64,000 nucleotides of DNA from an uncultured Leptospiraceae bacterium. Lineage in GTDB: Bacteria > Spirochaetota > UBA4802 > JAGODF01. Location: contig CAZVKE010000008.1 in assembly GCA_964627815.1 (NCBI GenBank), positions 182,116 to 246,115 of the forward strand, in the 5' to 3' direction. The position numbers and the translations under genes are program-made. Positions within the stretch are counted from its first letter, which is position 1, and every line of letters starts with the position of its first letter. Shown here piece after piece: positions 34,579-43,779 of the stretch. The notes under the pieces are model-generated. The model saw only the letters and a list, made by a program, of their open reading frames with translations. It did no database searches and was not told where the DNA came from.

Positions 34579-34917
34579 TTACGAGCGCTTCCTTTCGAGA
34601 AACTCAGCTTTCCCTGAAATGGTGAAAAATTTGTCGAGATAGGCTATCTTGAAAACGTTGTGGATATCGGGCTGAAGGTCAAGAAGCACCAGCTCGACGT
34701 TGTTGTTCTTGGTGATGTTCATGGTTTTGATGAGCGAACCTATGCCGGACGAGTCGATATACTTCAGTTCGGATAGATCAAGCCCCATCGTCGGTATCTT
34801 CTTCTCGATGTATTCCCGGCAGGCGTTCTCGAAGTTCAGCACTTCCTCAATGTTGAACTTTCCCGCGAGCCTTATGATAACGGTGCGGTCGTCTATCTGT
34901 TTGACGGATATATCCAT
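34579..34917 (-). CDS. STAS-domain anti-sigma-factor antagonist (SpoIIAA-like, canonical DSSG)
   Basis: 112 aa with LDLSELKYIDSSGIGSLI, so the phosphorylatable Ser motif is present. Confidence 0.8.
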   Translation of the reverse strand: MDISVKQIDDRTVIIRLAGKFNIEEVLNFENACREYIEKKIPTMGLDLSELKYIDSSGIGSLIKTMNITKNNNVELVLLDLQPDIHNVFKIAYLDKFFTISGKAEFLERKRS

Positions 34918-35010
34918 ATAAATTCCGGCAAAAGTCCTATTCTCTATTTACTGGCTGTATTTCACGCATGAGCGTTTGCGGTCACTTCCAACAGGAATCC
35001 AATATTGTTC

Positions 35011-36132
35011 TTACAACTTGAAAATCGAACGCAGATCAATAGTAGCAGGTTTTACGGGTAAATCAACCCTTTTTCGCAAAAATGAGGATAAATAAAGCGC
35101 ATGGATTGCTTCAAGCGCCCGGTACCCGTCCTCGCCGGTTGACGTGATCGTCGCTTCGCTCCCGTTCCAGAGGGAGCTGACTTCGGCATATATCCGTTTG
35201 AAACAGTACATCCCGGCCGGTACCCTGAGCGGCTGCTCTTTCAGGTCCCTGAAATTCGCGTACAGAGTGGATTTTTTTGAGAGATAGAGCCGCTCGTATC
35301 CGTTGCCGATCACGATCCTTCCGTCTGAGCCGGAGATGTCGAGCTCGAACTCGAAATAGCGGCGGTTGCCTCCCGCTTCGAGGAAAACATCGACATCCGA
35401 ATCGGTCCGCAGCCAGCCGACGGCGCGGTCTTCAAAGCCTTTCTTTCTTCCGACGCGTTCAATTGACCCTTCGACGGAGCGGATATCGCCGAAGAAAAAA
35501 CGGATGATGTCGATCAGGTGGGTGCCGTCGTGAAGGAGCGGGCCGCCGCCTTCGCGGATATGCGAAGGGCCCCGGTATCCCCCCGTGAGCACCGAGGCTC
35601 GTACCGTTCGCACTTTTCCTATCTTTCCCTGGTCAATGAGCCGCTTCACCTCGCGGTAGCGACGGTCGTAACGCCGCTCGTGGTTTATGATGAGCTTTGT
35701 GCCGTGCCTTTTGCAGGTTTCGATCAGCTTCCTCGCTTCGGCGAGGTCCGGGGCGACCGGTTTTTCGCAGATGATAATTTTCGCGCCACGCCGGGCGGCC
35801 TCGATGCCGATTTCAGAATGGCTTTCCGTCCAGGTGGCAATGATGGCTATATCGGGCGCCGCTTCCTTGAAAAGCGCGCGGTAATTATTGAAACAGTTTT
35901 CGGTCGGGATGCCGGCGTAATCGCTGAAGCGCTTGAGGCGATCGGGGTTGCTGTCGCATGCGTAACTGACGGGAATGCCGGCGCTGCGCGCGCCGCCGTA
36001 GTGCGTACACGGCTTATAGCGCAGAGGATCGGATTCAAGCAGAAACGCGATCCGTCCGCAGCCGATCAGGGCGGTCCGGGGCTTTGTCCCCGATGGGGGC
36101 TTGGTCCCCTGTGGGAGCTTTTTTGACGGCAT
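35011..36132 (-). CDS. Gfo/Idh/MocA-family NAD(P)-dependent oxidoreductase
   Basis: Rossmann N-terminus ALIGCGRIA and EKPVAP motif. Start overlaps the glnA stop (ATGA). Confidence 0.8.
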   Translation of the reverse strand: MPSKKLPQGTKPPSGTKPRTALIGCGRIAFLLESDPLRYKPCTHYGGARSAGIPVSYACDSNPDRLKRFSDYAGIPTENCFNNYRALFKEAAPDIAIIATWTESHSEIGIEAARRGAKIIICEKPVAPDLAEARKLIETCKRHGTKLIINHERRYDRRYREVKRLIDQGKIGKVRTVRASVLTGGYRGPSHIREGGGPLLHDGTHLIDIIRFFFGDIRSVEGSIERVGRKKGFEDRAVGWLRTDSDVDVFLEAGGNRRYFEFELDISGSDGRIVIGNGYERLYLSKKSTLYANFRDLKEQPLRVPAGMYCFKRIYAEVSSLWNGSEATITSTGEDGYRALEAIHALYLSSFLRKRVDLPVKPATIDLRSIFKL

Positions 36133-37457
36133 CAGAGGATTGGCAGATATTCGTTTATCTCATAATCGGTGATATATGAGTTGTATTTTTCGATCTCCAG
36201 CATTTTGTTCTCGATGAACTTGTCGACGATAAAGTCGCCCAGCGCTTCCCGCATGAGCGCGCTGTGGTCGAGGTGTTGTATCGCCTCGTTGAGCTGGCTC
36301 GGTATAGGGTTCAGGCCGAGCTTCTGCATGTCCCTGCGGTTCTTGATGGTCTGGTCAAGCGATACCGGGTCGGGAAGGTCGTACTGTTCCTCGATGCCCT
36401 TCAGGCCGCTCGCCAGAATCGCCGAGAACGCCAGATATGGATTCGCGGATGAGTCTGGATTTTTCAATTCAATGCGCAGGGAGTCCGGTTTGTTGGGCCT
36501 GCACGAGGGAATGCGCACCAGGTCGGTGTGTCCGCCGGTGCCCCATGAGATGTGCAGGGGCGATTCAAATCCGAACTGCAGCCGCTTGTATGAGTTGATC
36601 CACTGGTTGGTGATGGCAAAGAACTCCGGGCAGTGCCTCAGTATCCCCGCCACGTAATGCTTTCCCGTTTTTGACAGGTGGAGAGGATCTTTCTTGTCGA
36701 AGAAAATGTTGGTTTCGTCTTTGAAGAGCGACTGGTGAATGTGCATTCCCGATCCGTTCTGCTTCGAAAGCGGCTTGGGCATGAAGGAAGCGTAGACGTT
36801 GTTCAGGAACCCGATCTCCTTGGCGATGATCTTGAACGTCATGATATTGTCGGCGGTCGTCAGCGCGTCCTCGTGTCGCAGGTCGATTTCGTGCTGGCTG
36901 TTGGCCGCTTCGTGATGGGATGATATCACGCCGATTCCCATCTCCTCAAGCGTGAGGACGATCTGGCGGCGAAGGTCACTTGCCACATCGAGGGGCGTCA
37001 GGTCGAAGTATCCCCCGCGGTCGAGTATCTCGGGGGTCTGTGAATTCTTGAAGAAGAAAAACTCGATCTCGGGGCCGGTGTAGAATGTAAATCCCTTCTC
37101 CGAAGCCTTAAGGAGGTTCTTTTTCAGGATATATCTCGAGTCTCCCTCGAACGGCTTCATGTCGTTTGTGTAGATGTCGCAGAAGACCCTTGCCACAGAG
37201 TCCTGTTTCGGCCGCCAGGGAAGTATTTTGAAAGTCGACACGTCGGGAATGGCGAGCATCTCGCGCTCGTTTGCCCTGATAAACCCGAGCGTGGTCGTGC
37301 CGTCGAAACGGACTCCTTCGACCAGGGCGTCCTCGAACTCATCGATGGTAATCGCGTAGCTTTTCAGGAAACCGAGAATATCGGTAAACCAGAGGCGTAC
37401 GAACTTGACGTTGTTGCTGTGCGCAAGCTTTAAGATAAATTCCTTGTCTTCCTGCAT
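36132..37457 (-). CDS. glnA: Glutamine synthetase, type I (about 440-aa form)
   Basis: FVRLWFTDILG, GPEIEFFFF, MPKPL...NGSGMHIHQSL, NPYLAF. Confidence 0.95.
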   Translation of the reverse strand: MQEDKEFILKLAHSNNVKFVRLWFTDILGFLKSYAITIDEFEDALVEGVRFDGTTTLGFIRANEREMLAIPDVSTFKILPWRPKQDSVARVFCDIYTNDMKPFEGDSRYILKKNLLKASEKGFTFYTGPEIEFFFFKNSQTPEILDRGGYFDLTPLDVASDLRRQIVLTLEEMGIGVISSHHEAANSQHEIDLRHEDALTTADNIMTFKIIAKEIGFLNNVYASFMPKPLSKQNGSGMHIHQSLFKDETNIFFDKKDPLHLSKTGKHYVAGILRHCPEFFAITNQWINSYKRLQFGFESPLHISWGTGGHTDLVRIPSCRPNKPDSLRIELKNPDSSANPYLAFSAILASGLKGIEEQYDLPDPVSLDQTIKNRRDMQKLGLNPIPSQLNEAIQHLDHSALMREALGDFIVDKFIENKMLEIEKYNSYITDYEINEYLPIL

Positions 37458-37586
37458 TTATCGGATTCCGTTTTTCCTTATTCCGTGTAGTATCGCCGCT
37501 TTTTCAACCGCCGAGCGGTATTCGATGCCTGATATTCTGCCCGACAGCATTTCCTCATGCAAAAGTCTCAAAAGGAGATAAAACAT
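37458..37586 (-). CDS. Candidate 42-aa upstream ORF translationally coupled to glnA
   Basis: Minus strand reads GAAGGAGG-tgcgcc-ATG..., translating to MFYLLLRLLHEEMLSGRISGIEYRSAVEKAAILHGIRKNGIR, then TAA immediately followed by the glnA ATG (cgaTAAATGcag). Below the ORF-track cutoff. Confidence 0.4.
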   Translation of the reverse strand: MFYLLLRLLHEEMLSGRISGIEYRSAVEKAAILHGIRKNGIR

Positions 37587-37665
37587 GGCGCACCTCCTTC
37601 ATTCCCTTTTTCTTTTATTATCGGAATGAATGCGCCTATTTATAAGAGCATTTGAGCCGGCCGTT

Positions 37666-38619
37666 TTACAGGCTGAGATAGATGAGAAGGACGAAAATAA
37701 CAAGTATCAGCGCAAAAAGGCCTATTATCAGATAGGTTGATTTATTAAAGCCGCTCGATGGCTCCGCCGCGGCCTGCTCGGCTTTTGCAACGGCCTTTTT
37801 TGCCTGGCTCGCCTTGACGGGCGGCGCGTCGGTGCTGGGGTCATATATCCTGAGTTTGACCTGTTTTTCGTCCTCGCTGCATTTTCCGTAAATGCCTGGC
37901 CCGATCTGGGTCAGGATTTCGATCGGTGAGTTTTTGCCGGTCGATTTAATGTCAATGACTTCACAGGGTGTCGGCCGTATTCCCCCGTCGTAGCGCAGGT
38001 CGAGAAGATCGATAAAATAGTTCGCACGGTCGGAATTGGGGATTATTTTTGCCATGATTTTATCGCCGATCTTGAGTTCGAAAATCGGCTTGCCCTTGAC
38101 CGGCGAGAGGATCGGTTCAACGGGCAGAATGGCGGACCCGTCCTCCACGGGGGCCTCTCTGGGCTCATCGGGGGATTTTGAGCGCTTTTCCTTCACATCA
38201 CGGAATTCTTCTGGCGTAACTTCCTGTATCCCCACCTCGAGAATCAGGTTTTTGTCATGAATAATGCGATTGATGGCGTCAAACATGAATGTCTCAACAT
38301 TATCATAGTCATAGTTGTTGAGATAGTCATAAAGCTGGTTTTTCATGTTCACGTCGCGGCCGATTGTGGAAATCTGGTTCATGAGTGAAGCGGTCATACT
38401 GTTGTTAAAATTCCCTTTCCACTTGAGCTCCATGATGGCTTCTTCGAATTTTTCCCAGCCGATATGCGGTTCCGTTTCATAGATGGTTGAATAGGTCGAT
38501 ACAACGGTATTGAATGAGTCAAGATCCTGGCTCCGGTTGAAGATCATCAGGAGGATGCCGTAAAGGCTCATCGAGTTGGACTTGAAGCGGGACTTGAGAA
38601 TTAGAATGCTGTTTTCCAC
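37666..38619 (-). CDS. Hypothetical tail-anchored membrane protein
   Basis: 317-aa ORF. Single C-terminal TM (YLIIGLFALILVIFVLLIYL) preceded by an A/K/P-rich linker. I recognised no family motif. Confidence 0.55.
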   Translation of the reverse strand: MENSILILKSRFKSNSMSLYGILLMIFNRSQDLDSFNTVVSTYSTIYETEPHIGWEKFEEAIMELKWKGNFNNSMTASLMNQISTIGRDVNMKNQLYDYLNNYDYDNVETFMFDAINRIIHDKNLILEVGIQEVTPEEFRDVKEKRSKSPDEPREAPVEDGSAILPVEPILSPVKGKPIFELKIGDKIMAKIIPNSDRANYFIDLLDLRYDGGIRPTPCEVIDIKSTGKNSPIEILTQIGPGIYGKCSEDEKQVKLRIYDPSTDAPPVKASQAKKAVAKAEQAAAEPSSGFNKSTYLIIGLFALILVIFVLLIYLSL

Positions 38620-39072
38620 GAGAGGAGTACCTCGTTTTCTGGTTTTCGGGATACCGTTCGACTGGAGTCAGGTTCGGAGCGCTACGCCGCTTTTGGTTCC
38701 GTCACGGTTGTCGCCGGTAGTTACTCGATTACTTCACTGCTGTTTGAACATCCCTGCCGCATTGCGTTAAACGTCATTGATTCAGCGTTGTCAGCCGCAT
38801 TAATGAAATCAAGAATATTACATATTGTATCAAAATTTGTAAATAAAAAAACATGAGGTTGTCAAGAGAAAAAAGGGCATGTCGCCCCGGGAAACATTTT
38901 TGTGTTATTAAGGTATTTTCGACGGGTTGTGGATTTTTTGAGAAGGGTGCGGTGAAATAGTTGACTTTTTTAACGGGAAGGAGGACATTATTTGGACAGG
39001 AATTACCATATAAAAACCGAAATTTAAATAAAATCTTTTAATGATGTAATTTCTTCTTTCAGGGGGCTTCCC

Positions 39073-40329
39073 GTGCGCGCCATCATTTATTCTCTGTTTC
39101 TGCTGGTTCTTTTTTCTTCGTCCCTTTTTGCTTTTTCCGATCAGACGACGACCGAGAGAATTGTAGGGGAAAACAAGGAATTTATCAATTTTCTGAATAT
39201 CTGCGTGACCAATTTCGGAAAGGACCAGATACCCGACGCGGAGAAGCGGTTCAGGGAAATTTATCAGACCCATTTTAACGCCCAGGTTTCATATCTTCAG
39301 GGGGAATACAAGAACTCCTTCTACAATATCCGCCTTTCACAGGAGAAGCAGGTGGCGTTTTCGGGAGATGTGCTGAAAAAAGTGTATCTCGAGGAAGCGA
39401 AGGTCATGCTCGATAAACTTGCCCCCGAAATAATCCGGTCGAAGAACGCCCGTGCGAGGCTTTATCTCACGCTTGGCTATCGCGACAGGGCCGTCGGCAG
39501 GAATTTTGAAACGGTCTCAGACGCGTCAAATCCAAAGCTGTTCTCATATAAAGTTTACCGTTATCTTGAGGGTATCAAGCTGGCCAGACGTGCCAAGCGC
39601 TACGGGATGCTCGCCCTTTACGAAAGCCGTGACGCTAAGGTTAAAAAGGAAATATTTGACAATCTGTTGAAGACCGAAAATGAGGGAGGAAACAAGTTCT
39701 TCGCCCGCTTTGTCAGCAAGTCGGAACAGGATATTTTCCGTGAGCTGAACAAGACCTATGAGGAGTCGGAGGCGGCGAAAAAGACAGAAGGGCAGCAGCC
39801 GAAAGACGCCCAGCAGGCGGCCGCGCAGGCGCCAAAGGAAGCCGCCCAGGCCGCAGCCGCCGAACAGCAAAAAGCGGTCAGCGAGTATGAAAGCAGGATA
39901 GAACAGCGGGTCCGGTTCAGGAAGGAAAAGACGGCGATGCAGTTTCTCCTTCATGCCGAATATGACAGGGCGGAAGAGGTCATCAGGGAATACATTGATG
40001 ATTTCAATTTCAAACTGATTCTTTCGACTTTAAAGGTCCTCTCGGGAAAGAGCGGACAGGAAACACAGGGCCTTGATCTGGCAGGATATGTCGTGCATCA
40101 TTATGATAATTACAGCCGGGTATATAAATCGTATGACCAGCCCGCGGATAAAGGCGCACAGCCTCAGCCGGGCGCTCCGATTGTGCCGAGGACCATGCTT
40201 GACGTGATCTCGGAGAGCGTTAAAGTCACGAGCGACATTCCGAAGGGTAAAGACAGGACCGCTCCTCCCGAGAGCGCGGCGCCGGTCCGGACAGAGGAAA
40301 AGAGTGGCAGCCAGACGGCTCCAAAATAA
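39073..40329 (+). CDS. Hypothetical secreted helical protein with Q/A-rich low-complexity insert
   Basis: 418 aa. GTG start after AGGGGG, signal peptide MRAIIYSLFLLVLFSSSLFAFS, and a QQPKDAQQAAAQAPKEAAQAAAAEQQ tract. Confidence 0.55.
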   Translation: MRAIIYSLFLLVLFSSSLFAFSDQTTTERIVGENKEFINFLNICVTNFGKDQIPDAEKRFREIYQTHFNAQVSYLQGEYKNSFYNIRLSQEKQVAFSGDVLKKVYLEEAKVMLDKLAPEIIRSKNARARLYLTLGYRDRAVGRNFETVSDASNPKLFSYKVYRYLEGIKLARRAKRYGMLALYESRDAKVKKEIFDNLLKTENEGGNKFFARFVSKSEQDIFRELNKTYEESEAAKKTEGQQPKDAQQAAAQAPKEAAQAAAAEQQKAVSEYESRIEQRVRFRKEKTAMQFLLHAEYDRAEEVIREYIDDFNFKLILSTLKVLSGKSGQETQGLDLAGYVVHHYDNYSRVYKSYDQPADKGAQPQPGAPIVPRTMLDVISESVKVTSDIPKGKDRTAPPESAAPVRTEEKSGSQTAPK

Positions 40330-40347
40330 TGATCGTTGAGAGAATAA

Positions 40348-40608
40348 ATGGATAATTCCGATCTGTTGAAGCGTGTACACAACCGCATGGTGAGCGAGCT
40401 CCTGAAGGCTCAGGGCAATGACGCTCCCAATGCGGTGATTCTGAAGCAAATTATCGACAAAGACCAGAACCTGAGGAAGGCGATTGCCGAACTCTACTTC
40501 TCGCTCGAAAAAGTAAACGACCCCAAACTCGCGGTCGAGCTTCTTGCGGACCATATCGCGATGATGGTTGACATGCTGAATCAGCTCAAGGGCGGTTCTT
40601 CCCGCTGA
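40348..40608 (+). CDS. Hypothetical small helical protein
   Basis: 86-aa ORF 18 nt downstream of the preceding gene. No recognisable motif. Confidence 0.45.
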   Translation: MDNSDLLKRVHNRMVSELLKAQGNDAPNAVILKQIIDKDQNLRKAIAELYFSLEKVNDPKLAVELLADHIAMMVDMLNQLKGGSSR

Positions 40609-40623
40609 TCCTGAAGGAGCGTG

Positions 40624-41199
40624 TTATCCGCAGGCCTTTTCCAGGTCCTCCGCCAGCTTCTTCGCTTCTTCTCTGGTAAGAGAAACGGTGACCGTCCCGC
40701 CGCCGGGATGGGGAAGTTCTATTCTGCATCCGTCAGGGTTTTTATTCACGGCCCATTTTCTTCCTTCCCGCATCCTCATCGACCGGGCGATCCAGTCATC
40801 GGGCCTGAATTCCGCGATCTGTATCAGCACGCCGAACGCGTCTCTCGGATGGATGAACAATTCCTTCCACGCGTCGCCGTATTCATGAAATCCGAAATAC
40901 GGAATGCCGTGCTTTTCCAGGTGCACCTTTGCTTTCCGTATATCCGGCGTCTGGAGGGTGATATGATGCGCGCCGCCATCACGGTTTTTGAGGAAATTGT
41001 CGAGGAAGCTGCCGCTGCCGGTCGGCGTGAGCAGTTCGAGCCGCGTGAGGTCTCCAAGCGCGAGATTCTGCCAGTAGTATTTCATCCGCTCATCGGCAGC
41101 GCCCGCCCCCTCGACCGCGCCGAGAATGTCCTTGAAAAATCCGAGCGCCGCTTCATAATCCCTGACCGCGATCGCGATATGGTCTATGCGTGAAATCAT
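40624..41199 (-). CDS. VOC/glyoxalase-family protein (methylmalonyl-CoA-epimerase-like) with C-terminal extension
   Basis: MISRIDHIAIAVRDYEAALGFFKDILG... and HHITLQT, the typical paired beta-alpha-beta-beta-beta VOC signature. Confidence 0.7.
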   Translation of the reverse strand: MISRIDHIAIAVRDYEAALGFFKDILGAVEGAGAADERMKYYWQNLALGDLTRLELLTPTGSGSFLDNFLKNRDGGAHHITLQTPDIRKAKVHLEKHGIPYFGFHEYGDAWKELFIHPRDAFGVLIQIAEFRPDDWIARSMRMREGRKWAVNKNPDGCRIELPHPGGGTVTVSLTREEAKKLAEDLEKACG

Positions 41200-41399
41200 G
41201 GATCAACCTCCATCTGGATGGTTCAGCATCCATGAAATATTCCGCGTGCGGGTAATATTTGCAAGAGAAAAAACAGCTGTATCCATCATGGTCCCGAATC
41301 GCGTTGCGGATAATGAATTTAAAAATTATTCTTGCATAAAATCGCGTCATGGAAATGTATGCACGAGTACAATAAATACCGGCGGTATGGAGGAAAACA

Positions 41400-42359
41400 G
41401 TGAACGACGTGGTTGGCATCGGATCGGCGCTTCTTGATCTTACCTTCGAGGTAAAGGAATCTGTTTTATCGGACCTCGGGCTGAAAAAAGGCACCATGCA
41501 CCTTATCGACGAGGCGCGCAGCAAAGAGATCCTCGATCACATGAAAGGCTATCCCGTCCAGATCACTCCGGGCGGAAGCGCGGCAAACACGATGGCCGGC
41601 GTGGCCAACCTCGGCGGGAGCAGCATGTTCGTTGGAAAAGTCGGAATTGACCCCCATGGGAAGCGCTATACCGAAGATACCGCCAAAACAGGAGTAGTGC
41701 CGCGGATAGTAACCCATCGTTCCATGACAGGGCACGCGATCACCTTTATCACTCCCGATTCCGAAAGGACCTTCGCCACCCACCTGGGCGCCGCGCTTCA
41801 CCTGAGCAGCGAGGATATCGCCGAGGATGATATCAGGCAGAGCAAAATCCTGCATATCGAAGGATATATCCTCGAAGGCGAGCTGAAGAAAGCAAGCGTC
41901 CACGCGATGGAAATCGCGAAAAAGCACGGCGTGAAGATTTCGATCGACCTTGCGGACCCTTCCCTCATCACGCGCAATCTCGGAGAATTCAAAGGTATCG
42001 TCCGCAACTACGCCGATATCGTGTTCGCCAACGAGGACGAAGCGCAGGCGTTTTCCGGTGAACGCGGCGCCGACGCGCTCGAGTACCTTCACCGCCTCTG
42101 CGAAGTGGCCGTGGTGAAGCTGGGCGCCGACGGAAGCCTCATCAAATCCGGAGATCAGGTCCACGCCATTCAGGCATACAAAACAAAAGTGATCAACACC
42201 AACGGCGCGGGCGACATGTACGCCGCCGGAGTGCTGTACGGCATTTCCCATGACCTGCCCCTCGACAGGGCAGGGCGTATCGGAAGCTATGCCGCCTCGC
42301 TGGTGGTCGCCGGTGTCGGGGCGAGATTCGACGGCAGGATCGATATCAGCGCGGTGTGA
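41400..42359 (+). CDS. PfkB-family carbohydrate/nucleoside kinase
   Basis: GGSAANT near the N-terminus and NTNGAGDMYAAG near the C-terminus. GTG start is preceded by GGAGGA. Confidence 0.8.
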   Translation: MNDVVGIGSALLDLTFEVKESVLSDLGLKKGTMHLIDEARSKEILDHMKGYPVQITPGGSAANTMAGVANLGGSSMFVGKVGIDPHGKRYTEDTAKTGVVPRIVTHRSMTGHAITFITPDSERTFATHLGAALHLSSEDIAEDDIRQSKILHIEGYILEGELKKASVHAMEIAKKHGVKISIDLADPSLITRNLGEFKGIVRNYADIVFANEDEAQAFSGERGADALEYLHRLCEVAVVKLGADGSLIKSGDQVHAIQAYKTKVINTNGAGDMYAAGVLYGISHDLPLDRAGRIGSYAASLVVAGVGARFDGRIDISAV

Positions 42360-42381
42360 TGGGGGATATATCCCCGATAGA

Positions 42382-43299
42382 CTACGAAATCCGGTACGTG
42401 CCGTTTTTATCTCTCACGACGAAACCTTCTCGTTCCAGCTCATCCAGAATGCCGGATATATCATGCTTCCCGCCCTGGGGGCCGGCGGCGTGGCAGAGCT
42501 CATCTTTGCTTCGCGCCGATTCCACCAGCGCCGCGATAATTTTTCCGCGCAGCTGCCGCCTCGATCCGCTGAATGATGACTGCTTCCGGTACCGCGCGCT
42601 CTTTCTCCCGGGATTCGTGTGGCGCTTCTTGAGCATCACGCCGTAGTCCATCAGCGCGTTATACCAGCGAGCCGGATGCGCGCGGTCGAGCATCTTCCCT
42701 CCCGTCTCAATGAGGTCGCTGTCCTCCACCATCTCCCGGTCCCTGAAAAAAAAGAATATGAAAACAGTGCGGATATTGGTCTCCAGAAAAACAACGGGTT
42801 TATTGAAGGCGAACGTGGCGATGGATGCAGCGGTTGCCTTGCCGATGCCGGGAAGGAGGGCGAGCTCATCCGGGTTCTGCGGAAGCATGCCATCGTGTTC
42901 CTCGACGATTGTCCGCGCGCATTTTTGCAGGTTGAGCGCCCTTCGGTTATACCCGAGGCCCTGCCATGCGGTCAGCACATCGTGCAGCGGCGCGCGTGCG
43001 AGCGATTCGAAATCAGGAAACGATGCTGTGAACCTCTCGTATTTTTCAGTCACCCGCTGTGTCTGGGTCTGCTGCAGCATTATCTCGGACACGAGGATAT
43101 GGTACGGATTGTCGGTGTTTCTCCACGGGAAGTCCCGCCCCAGCGTTTCATAATGATGATAGATCAGCCGGCGGAACCGTTGTTTAACCTTCGATGGATT
43201 TTCGCCGTTCCGGATCAGGTCAAGAAGTGATGCCTCCTCGGCAATAATCCGTTGAAGCTCCTGAGAAGGGCTGTTGGCCGTATGTTTTATGGTCACCAT
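42382..43299 (-). CDS. HhH-GPD base-excision glycosylase-like protein (endonuclease III/MutY superfamily) with C-terminal winged-helix-like tail
   Basis: ILVSEIMLQQTQ, the helix-hairpin-helix LLPGIGKATAASIATFAF, and a C-terminal ILDELEREGFVVRDKNGTYRI. Confidence 0.7.
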   Translation of the reverse strand: MVTIKHTANSPSQELQRIIAEEASLLDLIRNGENPSKVKQRFRRLIYHHYETLGRDFPWRNTDNPYHILVSEIMLQQTQTQRVTEKYERFTASFPDFESLARAPLHDVLTAWQGLGYNRRALNLQKCARTIVEEHDGMLPQNPDELALLPGIGKATAASIATFAFNKPVVFLETNIRTVFIFFFFRDREMVEDSDLIETGGKMLDRAHPARWYNALMDYGVMLKKRHTNPGRKSARYRKQSSFSGSRRQLRGKIIAALVESARSKDELCHAAGPQGGKHDISGILDELEREGFVVRDKNGTYRIS

Positions 43300-43602
43300 A
43301 ATGATTAACGCAAGGTCAGGATCAGTCGTACCTGCAATATAATAGATTGAAATAGATGTTTAATGAGACAGAATCAGGCGCGAGGGTCATTTTTTCAACA
43401 ATAAGGCGACATTTCACGTCTGTTGTGCTTCAAATGGGGGATAAATTTCTTGACAAAGTATTACAATATCATAGTATAACTTCAAATACATTTTTTCCCG
43501 GATATGTTAATCGGCCCGATGGCGATCGGATTTCATGGAGGATGAGGTTCGCCCGGCCGGGGAGGAAGGCGGCTTTTTGGCAGGGGTGGAGATAATTATA
43601 GT

Positions 43603-43629
43603 TAATTTTTTACGCTATACCACCGATAA
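43603..43629 (+). promoter_or_regulatory. Candidate sigma28 (FliA)-type promoter upstream of flaA
   Basis: TAAT (43603..43606), a 15-nt spacer, then aCCGATAA (43622..43629), against the consensus TAAA-N15-GCCGATAA. About 150 nt upstream of the flaA ATG. Confidence 0.3.
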
Positions 43630-43779
43630 TTAATTATAGTAGATTCTCAGGCGTACCGTAGTGATCTGCTCCGATACATGAATATCCATGAGGTCGTGTA
43701 ACGGATGCACTCTAGGAAGTTGCCAGGGCAGCAGGTTTGATTCAGGTGCATTATATTTTTAATTAAAAGGAGTTTACTC

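Noticed and set aside
38823-38835. An exact 13-mer, TATTGTATCAAAA, followed by an A-run. It is also present at 52763..52775, and both copies lie in AT-rich divergent promoter regions.
   Set aside because: By rough expectation, a single 13-nt match between AT-rich segments of a 64-kb window is not significant, and no convincing -35/-10 geometry surrounds it.
43450-43585. Possible small RNA: TTGACA-N19-TATAAC promoter, followed by two short hairpins and a T-run. It overlaps a 79-aa track ORF (43356..43595).
   Set aside because: The 19-nt spacer is suboptimal, the stems are only 5 bp, and the second stem relies on a G-U pair. The 79-aa ORF has no SD and a biased composition. The evidence is too weak without expression data.
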